Source of the DNA: a virus
Length of the DNA stretch: 64,000 bases
IMG/VR virus record: IMGVR_UViG_3300018080_000009
Span: 32,001-96,000 of that record
Reading direction: 5' to 3' (one strand)
Below, in pieces: positions 56,341 through 64,000 of the stretch (positions are counted from its first letter, which is position 1; each line of letters begins with the position of its first letter). The notes under the pieces were generated by a model. That model saw nothing but the letters and a program-made list of their open reading frames with translations. It was not told the DNA's origin and did not search any database. Position numbers and translations under genes: made by a program.

Positions 56341-56880
56341 AAGTTATGTGCAGTTCTGTAAGGGAACGGTGCTGAATCATCAAGTATGATTCCGTAATGG
56401 TAATGAAAGGAAGAGCATATCAACGTCTTGTATCGGAAGGGTACTGTTCAGCTTAGTTATGAAGTGTATAGGTACTGATGAGTCTTGTGTGATTTTGTAG
56501 GGGAAGAGTACAGATGCGTATTTATGAGAGGGGTAACGTCCAGGTGTAGTTGAGCAGTTTGGAGTTATGGAGTGGCGCGGTAAAGTTGCGTTCTGGTATG
56601 GTCCTGTGAAGTCATGTAAAGGATACGTATTGAACTGTTATATAGGGTCCAGATATGGTCTGGTATGGTGACGAGAATATCCGTAGAGGATGTGAGGCGT
56701 TTGGTAAAGTTATGTCACGTCAAGGAACTGAAAAGTCATGTTTGATTTAGTAGTGGCGTGGTCGGGTCTGGTGCTGGCATGTACGATGGGGTCTAGTGGA
56801 GGCGCTGTGTTATTCGGTAGTGAAGTGTCCCGTTGGGCACAGGAAGAGTGCTGCGTTGAAGTGTGAGAAAGGGACTTGTG
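56341..56880 (+). repeat. Non-coding array with 5-nt periodicity, divided into 5n+1-nt units (candidate guide-RNA array)
   Basis: G (most often GT) every 5 nt; phase advances +1 at 15 GG dinucleotides; no ORF >=60 aa on either strand from 56384 to 57051. Confidence 0.8.
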
Positions 56881-56983
56881 GTTCAATACAGACGTTCCGT
56901 GGGAGGAACAAGGCTTCTGTCTTGTCTCAATTAAAGAAGTCTAGCAAACAAAAGGAGGTAGCAGGGGATAAATAGGTGTGTCC

Positions 56984-57033
56984 GGCATCTGTCTGTGGAG
57001 AGTCAGTAGGTTCGAATCCTACCAGATGCCCCA
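56984..57033 (+). ncRNA. tRNA-like minihelix (acceptor + T arm + CCA)
   Basis: GGCATCTG/CAGATGCC-CCA; GTAGG-TTCGAAT-CCTAC; only 14 nt in place of D and anticodon arms. Confidence 0.65.
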
Positions 57034-57051
57034 GTCAAAAAGGAGAAGACA

Positions 57052-57789
57052 ATGAAATACAGTCCAAGGGATAGGTGTACAGAAGAAGAATTGGCAATAA
57101 CCAGTATTGATAATGATACTGTCTTTACTGATGCAGTAGTATCGAAAGTGCTTCCTAATGATGTGAAATTTGTAGATGGCTTTCATTTGTTTGTTGAAGA
57201 TGCTGAAAAGTATGTTCAGCCAGATGATACGCTTCGATTATATGGCCAAGGTATTGGTCATGTTGTAAGAGGAGTGGCGGTAGTCAAAGAAAATGGGAAG
57301 ATAGAAGTATTGAGATATAAAACTCCTCTAGAGTCTGCCACAGAAGACTGTAAACGGTTTGAGGAAAACGATAGAAAGCGTGAAGAACAAGCTGAGAAGA
57401 TACGTAAACAAGTTGATGTTGATCAGCCTCCCAAGTTTAAGTGTAAGGATCTAGATGCTTGGAAGACCTGGGTGAAGAATAATCTTGAGCCCTATGGTCG
57501 TGCAGTAATTGTGTATGCTGAAAGATGGGCTGTACTGATGGAAAAGAAGATGGCTGAGGGTGCGACTCTAAAAGACATTGCCAAAGATACAAGTCACGAA
57601 GCAGACACAGATGGGATCACTGGATTCATGTATGGTGCAGCCATAGCTACACTTGTTGGAACGTGGGAACATGGAGAAGAGCTGAGAAAATGGCATAATC
57701 TAGATATGCAGATGGGAGACGAGGGTGAGAAAGCCAATGAAGAAGGTGGAGTATTGAATCCTGCTTGTTTGAGTATCAGCAGTTACTAA
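57052..57789 (+). CDS. Hypothetical phage protein
   Basis: RBS AAGGAG; GITGFMYGAA...WEHGEELRKWHN. Confidence 0.6.
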   Translation: MKYSPRDRCTEEELAITSIDNDTVFTDAVVSKVLPNDVKFVDGFHLFVEDAEKYVQPDDTLRLYGQGIGHVVRGVAVVKENGKIEVLRYKTPLESATEDCKRFEENDRKREEQAEKIRKQVDVDQPPKFKCKDLDAWKTWVKNNLEPYGRAVIVYAERWAVLMEKKMAEGATLKDIAKDTSHEADTDGITGFMYGAAIATLVGTWEHGEELRKWHNLDMQMGDEGEKANEEGGVLNPACLSISSY

Positions 57790-58033
57790 GAGGTAGTCAT
57801 GACCAGTGGTGAAAAGATGGTATGGGCAGCAGCTTTTTTAAAGTCTTTTGATCTGAGATTGAATGAGAATCATTTTCGTGATCCGTCAAAGAAAGCAGCA
57901 TTGGCTACAGTAGATGCAATGCATACTGTGAAGAGCCTTAGAGAAGCTGAGGACTATATAATTAAAAGTTGGGGAATAGACAGTGAAGTCTATTCCATGT
58001 ACTGCCAAATGTTCGATAAATAAGGAGAGTAAA

Positions 58034-58534
58034 ATGCAAGATCTTAGAGGAAAAGGAATAACAAAAATAGCTCTGCCCAGTGAGGTAGAAGAACTTAGTA
58101 GACAGGGGTATGAGTTGATAGGCATGTACCAGAATCTGGAGGGTACTGCTATCAGATGTGAAGTTCCAAATGAAACCAGGCCATATGAGACGTATTTTGT
58201 TGATAAGCCTGGAGTTAGTGCTGTCTCATATTTCATCATGAGATTGGATGAGGATTCTGCTATCAAGAAATTAAATGATCAATTGGAATCTAGTGAGAAA
58301 GAATTAAGGCAGTACAAGAAAAACTTTGAAGATGCGCATGAGAGTCTTATTCGTATGAGTAAACATACTGAACAGCAAGAGCTTGTTATTCAGTCATTGA
58401 ATGAGGAGAGAAACAAACTGAAGAAGGATATCACGTCGATTCAGGAGGGTACTTTTAAAGTAGAAGAAGATTTGGGAAAGGTTCGAGAAGCCCTGGGAAC
58501 TGAGAAGATGAATCAGATACTTGCTGGTAAGTAG
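58034..58534 (+). CDS. Coiled-coil hypothetical protein
   Basis: ATG at 58034 after AAGGAG. Confidence 0.5.
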   Translation: MQDLRGKGITKIALPSEVEELSRQGYELIGMYQNLEGTAIRCEVPNETRPYETYFVDKPGVSAVSYFIMRLDEDSAIKKLNDQLESSEKELRQYKKNFEDAHESLIRMSKHTEQQELVIQSLNEERNKLKKDITSIQEGTFKVEEDLGKVREALGTEKMNQILAGK

Positions 58535-59700
58535 ATATGGATTTCAAGAAATTCATAGATGCGTTTAATGAAAACTTTGGAGACAATGTGTTTCCAAAAG
58601 GATTCATTGAAGCTAGGTTCAGAGGAAGTGATGTCTATATCCGTATTGGTGATAGAGATCTTACTCTGTCTCCAGATGGAGAGTTTTTGGAAGCAAGTAG
58701 AGTCGAATTTGGTGTGAGTGATTGGATAATCAGAGAAAATCATGCTGGGTGTTAGGAGCAGTCATGGAAGACAAGAAAAAAGAAATAGTGAGTAAAATGA
58801 GAGAATCCTTAGCCATAGCTGGATATGATACCTCTGTAATGACTGATGAAGAGGTATTTCAATGGGGATTGGGATTTTTCGATAAGTTGGCCAAGATTGG
58901 TGAAGGACTTGTAGAGGCATTGTCTAAGATATTCGAAGCTGTAGCAGAATGTGGATGTTCACTGAGTGAATTTGGTGAAGGGTGAGATTGAGTGGGTAGA
59001 TAAAGAGTTGGAATTGTATGTAGTTCATTTTACTGAATCTGAAGACAATGTTTTGTACAGAATATCTGATGATTCCAGAGGATATTCAGTAGACTTGTGG
59101 AAAAAGGTTCTAGTAGATATGAAATCCAGGTATGAACCGCCAGAGATAGATGAATTTCCTACAGGGACTAAGTACATAGTAAAGAGCTTTACAGAAGAAC
59201 AAAATAACGATTCTGATCAGGTGTAGTTTGTACTTAGCGATGTGGAGTATCAAAGGAGTAGATATGAAAGAAGATGTTGATTACAGTAAAATGAAGGACG
59301 AAGAATTTCAGGAAATCCTTGAAGAGATTGTCAATGAGGAGGGGGCCAATATTCTTTCGATTGGCGATGTGTACTCTGAGTTAAGTGAGCATTTTAATAA
59401 TGATGTATTGGATAGATGGGCAGAGAGGAATCCAGATAAAGCCTATCCAGATGCTTCTAAGGACTAGATTATGTGCAAAGATAATTCGATACCGTTGTCT
59501 GAGTTTATCAGCAAGCAAGTAGCTGGGATGGAGAAGGTAATAGAAAATTACGAACATATCTTGGGAGAAGTTTTAGCTACGCTGAAAGTCAATATGGAGA
59601 GGGGTTCTCTAAAGGTAGTTGGAGAAGGTACTGAAGAGATCTTCATTCAGTTGATAGCTAATTGGGAGAAGCAGTATAAGCTCTTGAAAGGTAAGTAATC

Positions 59701-60210
59701 ATGACTGTTTGGTATCAGTTGGTTTTGCTTGAGTTTAAGACTCAATTTTTTCCGAAGATGCTTCTGAACGAAATGATGGAGAAGTATGGTAAGGAGAAAG
59801 AAGCTTATAAGATAGAAAAGCTCAAAGAAGTTCCTGAAATATTCCTTGATTATGGTGGAATGTGTCAGGAGGGTATGGTTGACATGGAATTTGAGCTTCC
59901 GGGATGTATCTTGAAGATACCGGCCAGAGATGTAGAATTGTTTTTCAGGCAATTGAATAGTGTAGAGCCCAGGAATGATTTTTCAGTACTTTATTATAAG
60001 TACATAAGTCATTGGACGTGCATTATTTTGCTCCCAAGTCAGAGAGATATTCTATTGCCGTTGGTAGCTGATAAACTTCAAGAAGCTTGTGAAATAGCGG
60101 AGAAAGAGTGGGCAGATCTACGCAAAGCTACGGAGGATATTAATAAGAAGGCGGGAAGGATTGCAGTAATTCCTCCGTCTAGAGCTTTGAGGGAAGAAGA
60201 CATTAATTAG
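59701..60210 (+). CDS. Hypothetical protein
   Basis: 169-aa ORF in a run of small genes. Confidence 0.45.
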   Translation: MTVWYQLVLLEFKTQFFPKMLLNEMMEKYGKEKEAYKIEKLKEVPEIFLDYGGMCQEGMVDMEFELPGCILKIPARDVELFFRQLNSVEPRNDFSVLYYKYISHWTCIILLPSQRDILLPLVADKLQEACEIAEKEWADLRKATEDINKKAGRIAVIPPSRALREEDIN

Positions 60211-60221
60211 AGGAGAACACG

Positions 60222-60824
60222 ATGGATAGGGATGATGCAGTGACTCTGAATAGAGAACATTTGAAGAGAATGGGTGAAGTAGACTCCAAATTGACTGAGG
60301 AGGAGCAGAAGCATCTTGATGATCTCGATGATGATCAGTCTGAGTTTTTAGCCTATACAATGTATAATTTGGGCCAGATAGGATTGGTGGGAGGAAATAT
60401 TCTAGATATTGGTGCTGGGAATGCTTTTAGAAGAGATCTCCTGCTAGAGGTATTCAAAGGGACCTATACTGGTATTGAGATGATACCCGAGGTAGCCTTT
60501 GCAGGACGACGTAAGGGGATTGTTCATGGGTTCATAGAGGACTTGTCAGAGAGCCGTCTGGGGCCGTTTGAGTGGGGGTTTGCATATCACGTTATGGAGC
60601 ACGTCAGGAACCCGAGGAGAGCCTTGGAAGCAGTCCATGCTGTTTTGGTGCCCGGTGGAACATATGGCCAAGCCACACCTGCTGAGATACCAGATGATGA
60701 GCCTGCCCATATAACGGAATTGCACTCGTATGAATGGGCTGCTTTGTTAGAGGAATGTGGATTTGAGGTTTTGTTTTCAGGTATTCATCTGAAATCGAGC
60801 ATTGTTGTAGGGAGGGCTAAGTAG
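60222..60824 (+). CDS. Class I SAM-dependent methyltransferase
   Basis: ILDIGAG, YTGIE, HVMEHV.NP, LVPGG. Confidence 0.85.
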   Translation: MDRDDAVTLNREHLKRMGEVDSKLTEEEQKHLDDLDDDQSEFLAYTMYNLGQIGLVGGNILDIGAGNAFRRDLLLEVFKGTYTGIEMIPEVAFAGRRKGIVHGFIEDLSESRLGPFEWGFAYHVMEHVRNPRRALEAVHAVLVPGGTYGQATPAEIPDDEPAHITELHSYEWAALLEECGFEVLFSGIHLKSSIVVGRAK

Positions 60825-61356
60825 AGATGAGGTTCATAGCCAATACTGTTGGAATTATTTGTACTTGTGAAGACAATCAGGTTGAAGAGGCTTTGGAGAA
60901 GATTGGTAAAAAGAACAATGAATTTTGGGATAAGTATGAAGAAAAGTATGGTCCAGGCAATAAGCCTTATGGAGCATTGCATTTTAGAGTAATTCCGACG
61001 TTGGAAGAGTATTTAGATCAATATGAAGACTTTGGTTTATTTGATAAGGAGTAGAAAATGGCAGGGTCATTGAGTCATATTGTGGGTAGTGATGGCAAGT
61101 TCACGATGGATCTTCTCGATCATATGGGAGATGCCAGGGAAGCTTTGGAAGAGTGTTTTGAAATAATCTACGGCTTGGCCAAAGGAAATAGCAAGAAGAT
61201 CTCCAAAATATGTAAGAAATTAGGTTATCCAGATCCATGGAGAGATAGGTATGGAGATGATCCTACGGAGCCAATGAAGAGTTCTAGAAAGATCAAGTGG
61301 TAGATTTGGAGGGATCTGATGGAGTGTAATAGGGGATCAAGAAAGGGGCAAAGGCA

Positions 61357-62322
61357 ATGAAGATCGAGAATGTTTTGCATCTTCCTAGTGGAAGGATCTT
61401 TTTGTTGCGTACAGATGATGGCTATCTAATTGAATCAACTGAGATGAGAGATGTTTCAGTAGGTGGAAAAGAACATCAAGAAGTACGTCAATCCAATGAT
61501 CCTCATGTTATTTGGAAGCACCTTGTTCCATTTAGTGAAAAGTGGCTCCTGACTGTAAGTACACAGAAGGGATGTACCCATAAGTGTAGGTTTTGTGATG
61601 TTGCTGCATTGCCTTTTAAAGGAAACATTTCTCAGTATGAGATTGAGAAGCAGGTGACAGAGATTCTGAAAAGTACTCCGTATGTGAAGAAATGCCAAAA
61701 GGTCAAAATAGGGTTTGCCAGAATGGGAGAGCCTGCATGGAATCTTAATGCAGTATTGTCAACGATACGTAGGTTGCCAGACATAGCTGAAAGTCTTTCC
61801 AGAGAATTTAGATGGCTTCCGTGTTTCAATACGATTTTGCCGAAAAAAGCACCATGTTTAAATCAGGTGATAGAACTTAAAGAAAAAGACTACAAAGGAT
61901 TTCTGCATTTGCAGATAAGCTGTAATTCTACTGATGAAGAGATGAGGTTAGAGCTGTTCGGGGGAGCATCTGTTCTTAGTTTAGAAGATGTTATTAATGA
62001 GGTATCGAAACACAAGATTACCAATAGAACAGTAACACTCAATTTTATTGTCATGAAGGGGGTAGAAGTCAGTATTGACAAGTTGAAGAAAATGGGTCTG
62101 AACAAAGATAAGTTTATGGTCAAGCTGATTCCCCTTAACGATACTCTAAATGCACGTGAGCATGATTTGGAAACAGTTGCTAACTACAGTAATTATGAGG
62201 ATCTGCTCGAGCTCAAAAATGAATTCGAAAAAGCAGATGTCCCGGTAGTTGTAGATGTAATTGCTAAGTGTGAGGAGGCTGGTTTATGTTGCGGACAGCT
62301 AGCCCAAATATTTCAGTCATAA
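61357..62322 (+). CDS. RlmN/Cfr-like radical SAM enzyme
   Basis: IES, VSTQKGCTHKCRFC, RMGEP, LQIS, KLIPLN, C-terminal CCGQL. Confidence 0.8.
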   Translation: MKIENVLHLPSGRIFLLRTDDGYLIESTEMRDVSVGGKEHQEVRQSNDPHVIWKHLVPFSEKWLLTVSTQKGCTHKCRFCDVAALPFKGNISQYEIEKQVTEILKSTPYVKKCQKVKIGFARMGEPAWNLNAVLSTIRRLPDIAESLSREFRWLPCFNTILPKKAPCLNQVIELKEKDYKGFLHLQISCNSTDEEMRLELFGGASVLSLEDVINEVSKHKITNRTVTLNFIVMKGVEVSIDKLKKMGLNKDKFMVKLIPLNDTLNAREHDLETVANYSNYEDLLELKNEFEKADVPVVVDVIAKCEEAGLCCGQLAQIFQS

Positions 62323-62948
62323 CTAATTTTGGATGTGGAGCAGGGTGTTGGTATTGTATTTGGAAAGGACATCCGTTAGAGAACGTTCGATTAGAGACTG
62401 ACTGGGATAAGTTAGATTCTTTCTTATATGAATACAAGGACAGGGAGAAGGTTTCTGTTTCTGGTGGTGGTGATTGTCTGTATAAGTACGATCAGTATGT
62501 TGGATGGTGGATAAAGTTCTTTGAACTGACAGAGCATCATGGGTTATTGGTAGATGTCCATACGAGGGAGCAATTTACGCATCAGTCTTTTTGGAGAAAG
62601 CATATCAATAGATGTGTTTTCAGTTCAGATAGGTTGTCAGAAGATATTAAGTTTCTGAGATATGTCTCAAAATTGTGTAAGGTCAGAATAACTCATTTGG
62701 TAACAGCCGATACTACGATGGAAATGATTGAGGAATATCTTGAGTTTCAGGGAGAAATTAGCTGTCAGTTTACAATAAAAGAACTGATAGGATTCAGTGA
62801 TAATGGGATGTACGGACGTATTCGAGAGAAGTATCCAGAGATATTCAGTTTAGATGCTGGGGATTACAATGTGTATTACATGCCAGATAATACAATAAAA
62901 GAGCAGTTTTATTTGAGCATTAATTTGTCTCTATTGAAGGTGGAGTGA
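62286..62948 (+). CDS. Short radical SAM protein
   Basis: TNFGCGAGCWYC, SVSGGGD; overlaps the RlmN-like gene. Confidence 0.75.
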   Translation: MLRTASPNISVITNFGCGAGCWYCIWKGHPLENVRLETDWDKLDSFLYEYKDREKVSVSGGGDCLYKYDQYVGWWIKFFELTEHHGLLVDVHTREQFTHQSFWRKHINRCVFSSDRLSEDIKFLRYVSKLCKVRITHLVTADTTMEMIEEYLEFQGEISCQFTIKELIGFSDNGMYGRIREKYPEIFSLDAGDYNVYYMPDNTIKEQFYLSINLSLLKVE

Positions 62949-63280
62949 TGAGACCATGTGATTGTAAAGAACGTTATACCGCCATGACTCAATTAAACGA
63001 GCAAGGCATCCGATTAGCTGATGCGGGTATTGGTCTAAGTGTAGAACCGGCAGTTGTCATTTTGGAAGTTGGCTCATGTACATTGAAAATACCCATGAGG
63101 CATTTTAAACGATTAGCCGAGTGGTACTTAGAAGACCAGGAGAAACCATTGAAAAAGTTAGTGCCGCCAAAGATTTTTGAATGTGAAGAATGTGGCACAC
63201 AATACGAAACAGATCAAGAGCAGTGTTTGATTTGTGGATGCGAATATATCATTGAAATAAATGAGGAAACCGATGATTGA
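62945..63280 (+). CDS. Zinc-ribbon hypothetical protein
   Basis: CEEC...CLIC. Confidence 0.5.
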   Translation: MMRPCDCKERYTAMTQLNEQGIRLADAGIGLSVEPAVVILEVGSCTLKIPMRHFKRLAEWYLEDQEKPLKKLVPPKIFECEECGTQYETDQEQCLICGCEYIIEINEETDD

Positions 63281-63510
63281 AAAAATACCCAAGTGGAGAC
63301 GTCGGATACAGTCTGAATATAGTGTTGTAGATAGAGAAGGTGAAATTGTTACCGCCAGAGAATTGATAGAAACCCGTGAATCACTCCAAACCGAGCTGGC
63401 AAAGTACAAGAGGGAAAACAAGCGGTTGAGAAAAGATCTGGAAGAGTGGAAAAAACCCTCAGTAGTGGTACGGGAGGAGAATGGGAAGAAGATGTTGGAG
63501 AAACACGAAA

Positions 63511-63915
63511 ATGATTTCTAAGCCTGAAAGATGTTGTCCGGTTGGTTCTACTGAACATCAGGTGCCTATGGCTGTTAGCGGTAAGAGAGTAGATGTTGAT
63601 TTTTGTATTGCTGACATAGTAGCAGCTCTCAATGCGGCTGGTATTTACACAGCTATGAGCTGTTGTGGTCATGGAGAGAAACAAGGATGGGTGACGTTGC
63701 GAGATGGGCGATTGTTGAACGTTAATTATCCACAGAAGACACATGATCAATATACGGTTTGCAAGACTATCAGTAGTGAAGAACTTGCTCGACAAGGGTA
63801 TTGGAAATGTAACTCTTGTGGAGTTATTAGAGATCGCGAAGAAGAATTGTGGTGTTGGCGATGTGGTAGAGGACAAATGATTTATCATAAGATATTGGAG
63901 AAAACCAATGAGTGA
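63511..63915 (+). CDS. SCCGH-motif phage protein with C-terminal zinc ribbon
   Basis: VDFCIADIVAALNAAGIYTAMSCCGHG; CNSC...CWRC. Confidence 0.55.
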   Translation: MISKPERCCPVGSTEHQVPMAVSGKRVDVDFCIADIVAALNAAGIYTAMSCCGHGEKQGWVTLRDGRLLNVNYPQKTHDQYTVCKTISSEELARQGYWKCNSCGVIRDREEELWCWRCGRGQMIYHKILEKTNE

Positions 63916-64000
63916 CACCACCGAAAGTAAACTCTTTTTGTTCTATTGGAAAATTAGGTGGGCGTTGCGTAGATTACGACGTAGATTGAAGCCATCGATA

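Noticed and set aside
56341-56880. Canonical CRISPR array next to the Cas7-like gene
   Set aside because: No identical 23-47-nt direct repeats; conservation is limited to a 5-nt frame and GG junctions.
63511-63915. Tyw3 wybutosine methyltransferase
   Set aside because: Only a short T-x-x-SC-x-G resemblance; the protein is too short and the rest does not match.
246-63921. Minus-strand ORFs generally
   Set aside because: Nearly all lie antisense to well-supported + strand genes or RNAs and lack recognisable motifs.

Overview
This 64-kb window is part of a large tailed-phage genome. It is densely coding, essentially all credible genes lie on the + strand, and no capsid, terminase or integrase is visible. 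From left to right it contains: baseplate/tail-fibre genes (1-7.7 kb); a holin-like gene and a small repair operon (PolX-like, TIGR02328, MazG-like); a replication/recombination module (HTH initiator with internal repeats, DnaC-like loader, amidase endolysin, DnaB, primase, SSB, family A DNA polymerase, SF2 helicase, RecA, resolvases, Cas4-like nuclease); a tRNA/structured-RNA island (35.5-36.2 kb); a sigma factor and SpoVS; a 7-deazaguanine pathway (queC, queD, queE, folE, TGT/DpdA-like) interleaved with a HAD phosphatase, an amber-interrupted radical SAM gene and two glycosyltransferases; and an accessory region with many small genes. The most striking signal is at 55.5-57.0 kb. A stand-alone RAMP/Cas7-like gene is followed by about 540 nt of non-coding DNA with a G every 5 nt. 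This tract is divided into about 14 units of length 5n+1 by GG phase slips and has no CRISPR direct repeats. It is a candidate non-CRISPR RNA-guided system and is followed by a tRNA-His-like minihelix. Family assignments come from motif recognition only; no database searches were run.
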